From Chrysomallon squamiferum (Eukaryota; Animalia; Mollusca): a DNA stretch of 64,000 nt. The DNA lies in contig CM022672.1 of the NCBI GenBank assembly GCA_012295275.1, positions 20,336,001 through 20,400,000 of the forward strand, given 5' to 3'. The position numbers were made by a program, and so were the translations under genes. Of the stretch, positions 36,821-52,055 are shown piece by piece. The first letter of the stretch is position 1, and each line of letters opens with the position of its first letter. Below the pieces are notes generated by a model. That model saw only the letters and a list, made by a program, of their open reading frames with translations. It made no database searches and was not told the origin of the DNA.

Positions 36821-39800
36821 TTAACTTGCTGGCATGTAGTTTGGGTCAAGGTAGTTGTAATCTCCAGGCATAAACTTTGTATAATCTTGATCAATGGTGG
36901 GGTTACCTGCCTGTTTCACTGCTTTCAAACGATGACTAGTGTTGTGTGTGCTAGATTCGAATACACTGAAACAGTAAAATTAAGTTAATAGATTACATGG
37001 TTTAAAATAGGTCATAAAAAGGAAATTTAAATCAAAATAAAAATAAAAATGAAAAAAGGAAAGGAATAAAAGATCTAAAATTTTAAAAAGTCCCATTTGT
37101 GCAGAAAATAATTATAAAATAATTTCCTACAGATACTTTTTAACACCAACACAAGATGACTAAATGAAACTAATTTAGAATCAATTTGCTTGAACATATT
37201 GGTTGTGAAATGTACCTTAATTTATGACAGTCCAAGGCTATAAAAGATAATGCAGAGGACTGATCTGAAAAAAGAACTGGTGGTTTTACACCAACCCAGT
37301 TTTAGGTAGCAATTATTTGCAGTATTTGACAATATTTGACTACTCACCAGTCAACACAGTCATCACAAAAATCACAAGCAGAATCCATAGGGCAATCGAC
37401 ACAGTGCCATCGGGTTCCAACAATTGGTTCCCGGTCACAATTGTCACACTGAAAAAAAAATGTTTTAGTAATTTCAGAAACTGAAGCTCTTTGCCTAATA
37501 ATTACGGTTTCACTTCTAAGCTAGACATCATCACATCCATAGGTAAACATTTGGCTGTATTCAGATCACAATCTGGAAACATTATTCTAAATTAACTGAT
37601 AGTTTTAAAAAATGGTAAATTCTATAATTAAACTGATCATTTGATGAAAGTACATTATCTATCTTTCACAACAACTGTCTGCAAAGTATCACTATAGTCA
37701 AAATGTACGTAAGGTGGAATTTAAACCTTGTATCCTATGTGCTGAACCATCTTGTTTTCTGTTTGCATCTTCTCCTTTTTGATCATCTTCCATTTAAGTA
37801 ACTCCTGGTACTCTGGTGTACTGCGCATTTCTGGTGCAATATCTTCTTCATCCTTTGGAGAAAAATATTTTACATGAAATGAATGAGAGAATTTAAGTGG
37901 TCATTATGTCTCTTATACACATTAAAATCAATGTGATAAAGAAGAATAGAAAAGACCATTAATTTTGATTAAAATTGATTTACATTAAAAAATTGCAGAC
38001 AATTAAAAAACAAACTGAGTTAAGACCAATTTTATGTCAATCTAAACAAATTAAATTTTTTTTTAAAGCCATGGGGCAGAAATATAACCAAAAATTACAT
38101 TTTAATTTTATTCATTTTGATAGATAAAATAACACGGCTAAAAACAAAAATTATATTTAAAAAGGTTTTGCTGCCAGAGTATTTTTGTAACAGTAATTTA
38201 CAGAAAGTATGATAGTAATACAATATAACAGCTTGCAGGAAAGATAAGTTGACACTTACAGAAACATCAGGACTCTGATTCCACTGACTGAAAGAACTGT
38301 TGTCATCGTCGTAGCTTTTACTGTCTTCATCATCAGACATGTACACTGGGGGTTCATGAGCATGAAGGAATGTAGATGAAGGATAGCACAGTCTGTTGTA
38401 TTTATGATGTCGATGTCCAGACTACAAACAAAATAATTTGGGAACAGTATCTAAGTTATGAACCAAGGAACAGAAGGTGAAGATAAATGAATAAAAAGTA
38501 TCCAAAATAATTAGAACACAAGATTCTCCACTGAGAGAACAGTTTTTTTTTTTTTTTTTCATTTTAGTTAATTCTCTACTTACATTTCCTGACTTAAATC
38601 TATAGTGGCATGAAGTATATGGTTTAATAAAAAAAAAGCCTTTATAGTACCAAGTGGAAATAAAAAAATGTTATTGTTTAGGTTGGTTTACCTTCAGTCA
38701 TAGCAAAGTATATTTTTATAAAACAATATCATTCAACCCTTCAAACTGTTTCATGTCACAACTATAGAAAAATGGCAGTGCCTGGAGATGTTTGAACTGC
38801 ATACTTTTATTGTTTACTTTGTTATTAAAACTGGAACCCAAAATAAAACATAATTTTGTGAAGAAAACTACTTCAGGCTATTTTTCTGCATCATCAAAGA
38901 TATGTTATAAAATTCAGTGTATGTATCTTGAAAATGCCAATAAATGTAATATATTTCATTTGATTTTTTTTCTCACAATTTTGTATATATAGTAAATAAT
39001 ATAAACTATCAATATGTACCTTTTGAAAATAATGAGAAGTTAAGTTATGGTACATCAAAACAATGTAAGAAAGAAAAAAAACTCACCTTTTTCACATAAG
39101 CATTTAAATTGGGAATTCGGCCAGGAACAGGAAGGCCTGCTTTTGTCAGTTTGATGAAGTATTTCTGAACTCTGCTGGCAACCTAAAGAAAAATGTTAGA
39201 TGTATCATTTCATTTCTTGGAAAAACAAATTATAATTACTTTAAAATGTTATCTGAATCAGATACTACAATCAACTGACTTATTTCAAATTTACATTTCT
39301 AACATTCAGTCTTAATCTTGTGCATTCTAAAGAAGGAAATAAAATGAACTGATAAATGAATTTTAATGTTGTTTTTACTGCAACCTCAACATTTTTAAAC
39401 AATTATTTGTTATCTAAATATTATTATTTTGAAATGAATCAAACTAAGAGAAGCTCATAATGAGCTCTAGTTATCAAGCAATACACCAAAATCTGACTGG
39501 ATCATGAAATAGATGGATAGAAATATCAGTTAGGACAGACCATCCAATTTTTCATTTGGACATTGTTTCTCTACATTATATTTTAGCAAATAAATAAAAA
39601 TTATGGTTAATTTGTCTCTGCATAAGTACCTGCTGAACAGTTCTGTTTCCCAGAGCACTGGCAATCTTCTGCCATCGTTTAGCCTCAACTTCTTCTGGTG
39701 GATAAGTTATTAACAACTCCTCCAGTCTGAAGGATAAAAAGGTTAGTATATATAACATATGTCACATCAGTCTTGTACAGATCAGTGTCTTTTAATTATT

Positions 39801-41026
39801 CAAGCAACACATATGCACAAAAATAATATGCAAGTGCTGAATAAAATTTTATTTGGGCTCAATAGATTAGCTTTGAAATGGAGTAATCTACAGACTTATT
39901 GCATTGTATAATTCTGCTTGTTGGAGTCAAATATTGGTGTAGCAATACTGATATTTTCTATATTTGTTGTGCATAATTCATAACTTAAATCAACGGTCTA
40001 CAAAATTCACATGCTGCACATTAACAACAGAAATAGAACAAACACCTTTTCTGTTCCTCTACAGTCCACAGTTGGTTGAACGTTGCTGATTTGGACTCAG
40101 TTTTTATTCTTCCTCTTACCACACGAATGTCAGAATCATCTGTCTTGTTTGCAGAACCTGCCTGTCCATTTGCTTTTAGTTCTTCTGTAAAAATTATGTT
40201 TTAAAGTTTACTATACATAAAATAATTTATACATATTAAAATTTATTAATATTAGAATGAAAAACATATGAAAAAAAATGAATAAAATCTAAATTGAAAG
40301 TTATTTTTTACTGTCGAACAAATTAGGACATTATCTTTAAGACTTTATATATTACATTTTATGTGTGCCCATATAATGAGTCAGGCTAATTTTATTAACT
40401 CTACATCTTTGTGATATACATATTCCCAGAAGTTGTCAAATTTTACTTTTAGGAGTATTTCTACAGTTATGATCCGATTTATAGAATTGTGAATTGTTTC
40501 TTTACAGTGACAAACTCTGATATGGAACAGATAATTCCTAAACAAATCAAATTACAAACACAAAAATAAAATATATCACACCATCTGTTGTTCCATGGAC
40601 CAACTGTTTTTTCAGTCTAGTCATGTGACGGACTCCAAATGATGTAAATTGTACACTGCTAGTGTATTTGTCCCAGTCAATTGCTGGAAGAGTAGCAACT
40701 TTCTGCAAACTTGGAAAATCTAATTTTTTCCCATTCTGGAGACCTTCGACAAACCCAATAGGATCTTCCAAAGCCTTTGACTGACTGTCATAAAGTTTGT
40801 CAAGATCTTTTATTGCCTGAGTTCTCTGACATTCCAGAAGTGCAATGGTTCGGAGGAGAGACCGGTAATCAGAGTTCGATTTTAAGGCAACATGATCAGA
40901 CTCAAAGTAGTAGATTTCCGAGTCACTGTAGTCATCATTAACTGTGTGATCAGTAAGGTGTATATTGTTTGATGAATAAGTCCCCGTAAAATCACTTGAA
41001 GAGGTACATTCTCGTGGTTCACTCAT
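36821..41026 (-). CDS. ZZZ3: ZZ-type zinc finger-containing protein 3 (ATAC complex), ~436 aa
   Basis: Exons 41026-40582, 40184-40046, 39726-39630, 39182-39087, 38421-38260, 37852-37727, 37448-37348 and 36965-36821. Motifs: [10 protein letters not shown]; SANT domain ([17 protein letters not shown]...[26 protein letters not shown]); ZZ finger ([27 protein letters not shown]); terminal [11 protein letters not shown]. Confidence 0.95.
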
Positions 41027-44000
41027 TCTTATTTAGCATTTTTTCTGCTGCTACGAATTAACAATTTATGTAAGAAAATATTTAAAAAATAAATCATGTA
41101 AAGAAAAAAATATGTTTCTATAAGACTAATAGTAGTAATATCATTCAATCGTTTTCTTAAATTCTTTTAACTATTTTATTTTTTGCAGTTTCTTTCTACT
41201 TACGAAATAGACATTATCATAATGATTATAAATATCAACGGATCTCATTACATCACTCATTGACTGATTGAGTCATTACTATTACTATTAGTATTACTAT
41301 TAGTAAATTATTAGACAATTAGTAGCACTAACACTTGACTTTGAAAGGATAAATTTATAAAAGGTAAGTTATTTTTAATATTAGCATTACAGTCATTATT
41401 ATTATTTTTTAATTCATAACAAACAAGCTCTAAATAAAATTAATTAATCGACTGCAGTGGACCTTCGCATACTGTACAAATAAATATTAGAAAAAAAATC
41501 CAAACGACTAACTGTTGTTGCTACTTAAGAACAATTAGAATTCTCTCCCTTGTAAGGTTAAGGCTAAACAGCGGACTGAAAGCTATCAACAACAAATTAC
41601 TTTGATAAAATGTATAAAGTATATTACCTAATAACTGCGATTAATCATCAGATGTTTCTAATAAAAGAGAGAAACATATCTCGTGATCATTTATTTTGAA
41701 ATGTAATTCTTTTGATGGATCAGAAAATAATTTTATAAATAATTAAAAAATATATCATTAAATATACACAAGGTAAACGGCCCATTTCTCCCCTCTGTTT
41801 ATTATCTATCACATTTTATTTTATTTTATTTTATTATTTATTTATTTTTAAATGAAACCCTCTGAAGAAAAGAAAATCAAACAATAATTTCCAGTGGTTT
41901 TATAGTTCGTTAAAAAATAGGTTTAAATAAACAATACCTGTCAGCAACGTAAAACATTGCAGATGAATGATCATTTGGTCGATTTAATACAGACAAAGTG
42001 ACAGATAAAGCATTTCAAGGACGTATAATCTGTCACATAATCTGTGACAGATGTTCATAAATATATATCTGTTGTCAGCTTCGTGTAAGTTTGTATCTGT
42101 TTACAAAAGGAAGTTTACAAATATTCTCTCTTTTTACGGGATGGTGCGCGTATGTGTTTGTATTTAATTTGCATTGTTATTATTATTAATTTTTCTTCTT
42201 TCGAAATACACGAAAGGAACTTCACAATCGACTTTAGCAAATTTGTAATACACACTTCAACGAAAACATATCAAAGCAAGAATTATACATACATATGCAT
42301 ATTTCACGTGTTTATTCTGATATTTGTCAGAGGTCTCATAAAATATTTATTAAAGGTAAAAATTGTTTTATTGTGAAAAATATGTATATTAATCATTCAA
42401 AATAAATCAATAAAAAAAAAAAAAAAAAGAAGAACAAACAACAACACAACCTATATACCTCAAAACATAAATTAACTGTTACTAAATAAATACTATAAAA
42501 TACAAATTACAATAAAATGAAATGAAATAAAAGTAAAATAAAATAAAATAAAATAAAATAATAATAACAACAATAAATCAATAAAATTTTATCCATTATT
42601 ATTTATTGACAGTGAAGAACAAAACACATTTAAAATGTTACTAGTAATTTTATTGCTAAACATTGTAAATCTTAGATACAAACGCCATTACATAGTGATT
42701 ATATGCGTGTCAACAAATTATCTACGATTTGTATTCCACAATATAAAGAGAAAGAACTGAATGTTTTTTAAGTAAATAAAGTAAACAAAACAAAATAAAC
42801 AAACAAACAAACAAAAAAACCCCTTTCTAACATATACAAAGTAATTACTGATATAACAAATTTGAATCAGACACATTTGTTTCGAAGTCAGTGGTAATAG
42901 TTGTTGGATGCGTCAACCCCCCCCCAAAAAAAAAAAAAATAGAAAGCAGCAGGGTCAAAACCGGGTACCATTAATTTTTTGCGAAAGATAAAATTATCTA
43001 CGAAGAAACCAATAGAACAACAAACAAATTTTTTTTATAACATAATTATGTCCATTTTTTTTAAATTTTATTTTTTATTGATTATTATACTTTTGCGGAA
43101 TAAATACATGACCAGCTTTACGTTTCGCCAAAATGTGTGATTTATTAAGGAAACATTTTGGTGACAGCATAAAGACACATTCATCTTTCTGTATATAAAA
43201 AAAATATAAAAAAATATAAAAAAATATAAAAATTTAAATGGCGACACCCCCATTATGACATCAAAAATAAAATAAGATCAAATAAAATAAAATAATAAAA
43301 TAATAAAAATAAAATAAATAAAATAAATAATGATCAATAACGAAATTGTGAAATAAAGTAGTTCTCAATATTGCTAATCAGCAGGAAAAGCCCAAATAAC
43401 TTTATGTTATGGGTAAGGCATGAAGATAGAAGAAAATATAGTTTGATACATATTCTGCTCAACAACAGAACGTGGCACCAGATATTGTCAAAAAAAAAAA
43501 AAAAAACCAAATAACAATAATAATATTTAAAAGTAGTACTGATACATTTTGAAAACTTAAGTCATCATAAACTAAAACATCATATTTATAGAACTACAAT
43601 AATTTATACATATTTTTATTTTTTATTTATTATAATTTTTAATTTTTTTTAACTTCATTTCTATTATACAAATATTTTTATGCTTTCTATTTTTATGTTA
43701 TATGATCTTCAGTGTGACAGAAAACTAAGGAGCTAGCGATAGAAAGAAAGCGGGATAAGGAAAAGAAAAAAAAATCGTTAAATATCTGGCGACATAGCTG
43801 TTCTAATATTGATTAATTGTCAACACTTTCCCTGGTTTTAAAAAAAAATCTCTGCACTTATACAATTATATATAATATTTATTAAAATATTCCAAAATAT
43901 AACCTATTTTAACATTTGAAGTTTAAAAACTGTAGTTTAAATAATGGAATCTAATTTATTTATTTATTTATGTAAATTATAAAATTAACTGATTTAATAT

Positions 44001-44424
44001 TTTTTTCTTAGTATTAGCAATACACGATAAATTTCATTTAATGACACAGTGTACATGATGTCATTCTGCCTGATGGACTATTTCCGATTAAATCTCGCAA
44101 TTTGAAAAAAAAAAAAAAAACCGAAAAAAATCCCACATCCATTCATGAGACAACTGGAAATTTAGAGAAAGTGTAGGCAATCAAGTAAATCGGAATCTAT
44201 CCATCTACGTAATATTGAAATCTTTCGATATTCATTCAGTCGGCACTCGAGTATTGAATAGCGTCCATGTGATTTGGGAAAAAGGTCATACGTCTCTGTT
44301 TAGATAACATAAATAGCTGTTAGAGACTTTGCATCTGTTTCTAAGAGCGCAGAGGGGTATGGCTTCATTCCCAAATCAAATCCTGGCGCGACACTTGGTA
44401 TACTTGGTTGTTTGTTGTGGTAGG

Positions 44425-44693
44425 TCAGATTGGTGTCTGAGTGTTCTTGGCTACAACTTCAGACTGGTAGTGGTTCTTGCAGTACAAAATCCCGTCAGCC
44501 TGGGCATAGTTATTTAAACTGTGAAATAATATAAAATAAACACATTATTGTTAATATTAACAATCATTATGTGATATTGTACAATGATAACTGATAATCA
44601 GCAAGATATATATTTTCAATAAACCTTCTCATATATCGGAGAAATATATAGAGCCTCTGATACCCAGTCGTGGAACAGTGACCAGAGAGAGGA

Positions 44694-44727
<34 letters not shown>

Positions 44728-45405
44728 CCCAAAACATAAAAAACAGCAAATAAATAAATTATGAATTTAAATTATAAGACCTGTAATGAAAATTACTTTC
44801 CGGTATTTCACTAGACAATAAAAATTAATTAGCAAATACAGTATTTTCCGTACTTTTTTCGTGTAGATGTAGTGTGAGTTTGTGTGTTTACAACACAAGT
44901 TTTAAATCAGCTTGTCCTCGGTGTTCAGACATAAATTTCAAAGCAAGCACTCCATCATCATTAAGTGCACAGGCCGGAAAGCGGCCACTGTTCTTAAATT
45001 ACGTTGTTTATCTGATAAATATTAAGTGAAATATTTCTTCACAGATATAAACAAATCTTTTAATACAGAGTTTATTCTTAAATAGCAAAATCTTCCAATG
45101 GCCATCATTAAATTCTGAGTGTCACCGAAGAGTTAATGATCACGTATATACTTAAATTTAGTTTTAGTGATTGACAAGAACATGAAAGGTATAACATGAT
45201 CTCGACTCTTACTTTAAAGACATTTTGCAGTGGCTGCACTTGAAACATATTTTATGGTAGGGATTTCCTCCTGCTTCAATTCGCTCTTGTGCGTAAACCG
45301 TCTTCTGACAGATTCCACATTTCTCTCCTCCTCCCTGTGAATACAAGAGAGAACAAAATTTAAGAAATTTTGTAGCACTAAACGCAAAAATGAGAGAAAA
45401 ATAAA

Positions 45406-45447
<42 letters not shown>

Positions 45448-46325
45448 AAACACACATGCAGAGACGTTTCATAAGGTTCCACTGTATAATATATCATAGT
45501 TGTATTTTATACTTTATTTATTCGGTAACATCCTTTATTATTTAGTGATTAAGAAACGTTTTTGCATTTAAAGTATGTTGCAATGAGCTCCACTATCACA
45601 CTATAAAAGTAAAATACTATACATTTTTCGAAGAATACAAAAAGAAATTCACGAAAGTATGAGAGTATCTTGATAGCAAACCATAGAGAAAACCAATAAG
45701 AAGGAATTAGGACAGCAATCTAATTATAAAACAATATATTAAAATAAATAAAAAATAAGTATAACAAAAATAATTCTGCATTCATGAGTAAATCTTGTGC
45801 TGCGTGTTTAATATTATTACAAATACCAAATTATCACTAATAAACCAGGCAGCCGTGGAAAAGAATTTCAGGTGTAGCAAGTAATTAGAGATAAGGTTAA
45901 TGTAAAAGATATTTGCGACAGCGTTTGTGCATATTTGTCATTGCCGACAAGTCTATTTGCAGTGAATCATGCTGTTTGCCGTGTTAACAAAAACACTCAC
46001 ACAGCGAATGTACTGTTTTCTGTTATTGTACTGATGAATGAAAAGATGAGTTTGTCTCCGAGTGGCTGCGTCATAAAAACCGACAAACATATGCTGTATT
46101 TTATGAACAACCTGTGTGTGTGAGTGTTTTAAAAAAAAAATTGTGCTTTTTTAAAATAAACTAAAACACTGATTTTTGTAAGACAATATTTTTTCGAATT
46201 AGATGCACTACAAATACTTTAAAATGACACAATAAGCATAATTAACTTGTGTTCGAGCACACATCTATTTCATATATCAAAACATGTATACGTGCAAACC
46301 TTCATGTATATATACACATATACAC

Positions 46326-46387
<62 letters not shown>

Positions 46388-49300
46388 GACCTTGAAAACA
46401 ATAGGCAAATATTCGGGACATCGGCAATGTGCAGTATTTTAATGAAACTAGACTGAATAATATAATACGGTATAATTTACTAAGAGGTCAGTTACAGTAC
46501 AGGGTAAAGTGGATATAAAATGTTCTGTGTTAAAGTGTGAAAGATAAATAAGGTAAAGTGCCACTTAGGTCCAGAGGGCAATAAAGTTAATACAAGTAAA
46601 TAAACAACTCTAATAATTATCACAACGTTTAGGCATATTATGCTTTCTTTTTCTTAACAACATACACTTGCCAGAACATGTGGCATGTAGTCAAAATTGG
46701 AGAGTTGTGGTAGGAAGGTGCAAGAAAATACATTCCCATTCCCAAGGTCACTAAAATCATATTTTTGAAATATATCTTATGGAAAATACCCAGAGTATCC
46801 TTATCTAGACTGAACTAATTAACAAAAAAATCTAAAATATCTCAGATTTCTCTTTGAATCAGTTGAATAAATAGCACAGCTGGGGAGAAAACGGAAAAAA
46901 TAAAATCAGCTATTTCATGACGAGGTATTCAGTTAAATAAATTCAGTCTGTTTCGAATTACACTGCATATTTAAATCTATTTTGTACAGTTTATTAAGAA
47001 TCAAAACTGCTTAGAACTGCTTTCTGTTAAAATGAAAAATCCCGCACTTAAGAAAACTTCTTTCTGCAAGTAATGAGAATAGAACCGACAGATATACCTC
47101 AGTGACCGCAATTTTATCGTATTTGCATACCAGCGTAAGAGGAGAAATGGCAAACTCTATTATTCACAGTAAGGTCTTTCCATGTGTGAGAGAGTTCACC
47201 CGAAATAAAATGATTTGTTTCGTTCTGTACACGGCAAAGAGCAAGGTTCAAAGAACAATGCGAAAGCGATCACGATGCCAAGAAACAGCGGCTGCAAACA
47301 GAATGGTATCTCCAAAGATGAACGATTTTATTTAGGAAATACTACAGAGCTAAATCATCTAGAGATAACACCCACAGTGTATAGCAGCAAGAAGATGGCT
47401 ACAGAAAAGCTTTTGTAGCGAATAATGTTGTTTTGTTAGGTTCCTTATCTCAACATGGTTATAAGCAGAGATTACTTCATATTTGTGTGAAGATTTAAAA
47501 TAACAGCATATTTCTTTTCCTTTTTTTTTTGTTCTTAATCTTCAGGGCTGTTTATATTTGATGGCTCTAATAATTATTAGAAAAGCATAAAATAAGTTCG
47601 TAAATTTTTTTATTTATTAAAAGACAAAACTTCACATAACAAAAACACAGCGAAAACAACTGAAGTCTGAGGTTTGAGAGAGGGTCTGACTGAATGACTG
47701 CCTTTAATATGCAAGTATTTTTAACTGCAATGATATATATATATATATATATATTTTTGTAAATATATACCAGGACTATACCTAAACATTATAAGCAAAA
47801 ATCTTCTGAAGTCTGTAACTGGAACCAAAAGAAATCAAGGAAATGTTTAGGACCACCTGAAATCAAGGGCTTAGTCAGGGTTCAGCTTTTATTATAAAAT
47901 GAAGAGCTCTCAGTGACGGTAATGGATACAAAAAGGTTAATATAGGAATTTTCCACTGACAAAGGTTATTTACACTGATAAGAGTTAAATAAAATAATAC
48001 AAAGGAGAAGAAATAAAAGAAACAAATAAATGTAACTAGAGCTAGACATACAACACGGAGTGTAAACTAACAACATAGAAATAAAATAAAGGTGTGTTTT
48101 GTTTGAAAAAAATTTAATAACATAAAAAAAGAGACGGAACAGTAACTGAGATAACTTCTGTAATGTACTCATCACTTGACACCTTGAAAACAAACATTAG
48201 TGTCCAGAAAAAACAGTTAACCCGGTGTAAAGTTAAACCACTGCATTCATTCATAGTGTTCGCATAGCCAGTACGACATTTGTACTACGTGCTTATCACA
48301 GATTTCTTTACTGCACTGTTACCCGAACAGCAGTCTGTCCAGACTGGAGTGCACAGCAAATAGCAACACGGTTACTACAACACAGACATAATTTATTATA
48401 AGATTTATTATCATTATTTTATTTTTACTATTGCCGAATAACACATGAATATAACTTAGCAAATACAATTTATGGGAATAAACGAAAGGCATTATCCATC
48501 TTCTTGTTTGGCTTAAAACCAAATATTGGATATCAGCAAGCTGAATAATATTAAATCAACACCATTGATTAGACTGGTTCGGATGAATATTCTGTCTGCA
48601 TCGTTTCGTCAACAATAAAAACGCAATAACAAAAATAACTGGAATTTACACCCAACGTTAAACGTTGTCAGTGTTAAAAACATGCTAATATTTTCATAAA
48701 AATGTTTATTAACCATCAGACATTCTCCGAGTGAAGATTTAATATACTTACGACGTTAGCTTAACGAAATAAATGTTTTCATATATCGATTTAATATACT
48801 TATAACCATGGAATTCTGTAATCTCCATTTTCGATGCAAATGTCTTGAGGACAGAAATCTTTTAATGACCTGTTTTGTATGTAATTGTGATTAAATATAA
48901 GCCACCTGACGTAGGTTGTATTAATTTATTAAACTCGTTACTATATGGAGATAGATATGTTTTTATTAAATAGTAACTTTCCTGATATAATGTTTCTTAC
49001 AAATAATACTAAGACCATGCATGTACTCCGAAACACTCACTGTTCAAAAAATGCTTTAATAAAACCATGACATTCTCCGAATTATTTGTTGCATACATAT
49101 ACATATTTTAATACTTTTCAGAACTTTGTCCTGTAAATAAATATGATTTAATAAACGCATGACCTTGTGCATAAAATTTAGTAGTTTTCATTATCTGTAC
49201 GTCTGACCTAATTTTCCCAAACACGGTCTTGTATTCAGACATAATCTATATAATCGTAACATTCGTGTATGAATACGGCTTTTGATATCCTCGATATTCA

Positions 49301-50305
49301 TAGATAGAAATAATAATAATAAAAAAATAATATTAATAAAAAAAAAAAAAAAAAAAAATAATAAAAAAAATAAAAAAATAAAATTAAAATATAAAAATGC
49401 TATATAATACTTCAGTTATCTGGCTTTAACCAGGATTTTATTTTGTATACAGATGCGATTTAATATAGTGAAAGGTGTTTTTAAAAGTTTCAGAAAAGCC
49501 ACAGCCTCACTACATAATTATATGCTAATGCACATAACACATTTTCAGGCTTCGAGTCGGACATATGTTCGAGAAAATGTACGTAGGTTGTTGCTACGGT
49601 AACGGAAGAAAAAACGCGAATGAATATTTGTCCGAGAAAGAACACGATACTACTGAACCAAGATGATTGGTTGCAGACAAGCTTTTACTCACCATACATA
49701 GTGAGATAAACATATATTTATATATAATTGTTTTGGTTCTTATTGTAAATGAAAACATTTTTTTTCAACCACTTTTTTCTTCTTTTTTTGTTGTTGTTGT
49801 TTTGCGTTTACTCATTTATTATTTTTGAGGTAGTAGTAGTAGTAGTTGTTGTTGCAATTATTTTTGTCGAAACTGTTTTGCTGATTGTTGAAAAACATTT
49901 CACTATACGCTGTCCCTGTACATTATAAACGCTGATTTTGTTACAGAATAATATCGTTTACGTAAGTCTTTTGCAAAAATGATAGAGATGGATTCATTTC
50001 CTCATTGGCTGTTTCCCGTTTTAAGTTGACCGATCTGTTAAAGTATCAAATTTCACTGGTAAGTGCATGAATCCTTTGATGCCAGTTGATAAGAGTAGCT
50101 CTAAAATTGGACTGATTTCCACTTTCTATGATACCATAATTACATAATAATAAATAAATAAATAAATAAATAAATAAATACAACAAAACATCAGCAACAA
50201 AAAACACACATTAAAAAAACCACATAAACCCCAAACAATTCCTCCCACACCTGCCCAATAACGAACATCAATGTTTGACACTTTTAATATTAAGATGCAT
50301 TGAAT

Positions 50306-50364
<59 letters not shown>

Positions 50365-51976
50365 AAAAAAAACCCGAAAAATATTATATTTATTTATTTG
50401 ATAAATAAACTGATGTCTTACTCAGCCTTGCTTTACACTATTACAGAAATCTGCTTGGTTCGTAAGCAATACGTACTTAGAATATCTTGTAACAAACTTA
50501 ACAAAAACTATCTACATTTAACAGAAATCTGCTCTCACTCTGCCTACACCTGATTTAATCTTTCCATCTATATTACATCTTGCTAATTTACAGAAACGGC
50601 AACTAACTCTCTCGCTTGGCAAAAGCACATAGTGACTGACGTACCCGCAGACGTATATAATACCTGTATCACCTGACGATGTTCGTTTACAGGTGAACTG
50701 GGAATGTTAATAAGCCCCGCTTTCATTTTCACAGGTGCGAATCGCTTGAATGAAAGCAAATAGATTGAGAATATCAAACTGTGGTCGTTTGCATAGTTTG
50801 TCGTGCGATCTGTGAAAATATTTACTGATCCATTAAGACGACAACAGACCGCAGTGATAGTGAATTCAACTGAAACTGGTCCAAATCCACATTATTTATA
50901 AACGTGTACGAAGCAACGACAACAAAAAGTAATAAAATATCATTATAATAATAGGCTGTAGTGGTTTCTCGAGTTTATATTACTGTAAGATAATGATACT
51001 TTATATTAGAACAATCATTAGTTAAATTAATAACAGGTTGTAGTGGTTTCAGGATATTATATATTAGTGTAAGGTAAATGATACGTATATTAAAATAACT
51101 ATTAGTTAAATTAGTCGCAGGATTTTATAACAAAATTATCTTAGGTAGTAAGATTTATATATTTTTTTTATCAGATCATAGGGTTTATAATTTTATCTCA
51201 AATAATCTTAGGTTAAATGATTTGTAGTCTTTTTTTCTTTTTTTTTTTTTCTTTTTTCTTTTCGAAAATATTATTTTTGTATGTAATGCAATGAATTATT
51301 ATTTGTGTGATTTTGTGGTGTTACTGTTTTGCTCTGCGCCAATAAGCAAAGATTCCGAGAACTATTCCATGTCGATAAACTGGCATGGATTTATTTACAC
51401 TGAAGCTAGAGTTTTAATATTATTCACTTAATTTTGTTATCGATTTGTGGGAATTTATTCTTTGTTATCCATGTTTCAAGTGAAATATCCATCGTTACAA
51501 CTTTAGTCCATAATTAAAATTTATCATTATTATTTGATTATTTAATTATTTAAATATTAAATACACTATGTCGATAAATACGAGCGAAGTAAATGAACCA
51601 GCTGCTGCATTGCCTACATGAGCTGTTCATTTATAAGCAAATTATCAAAACGCACTGGTATTCAAAAAAGAAACGGGCGTGCCTTTTTAAGTTTAAAAAT
51701 AGCCTGATTTCAAATACCAGAGAATAACAGTTAAGTATTTTTCCTACGTTAAATGTGACAAGCTAATTGTCAAATCAATTAACAGACTTAAGTATTATTA
51801 GATGAGTTACATACAGAGGTAAAAAATATTGTTCAAGGTTTATTAAAAATTTATCAGTTTAAAAAGAGAGAAAGAGTAAAAGAAAGAACAATAAAGAAAG
51901 AATATAATGTTAATATTCTTTTACTCTCTCTTTTAACATTTAGTTCATGCTTGATAAATCTGGAACACTTTTTTAA

Positions 51977-52055
<79 letters not shown>

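Noticed and set aside
46660-46810. MITE-like remnant in the LIM intron
   Set aside because: Boundaries, TIRs and TSD could not be identified.
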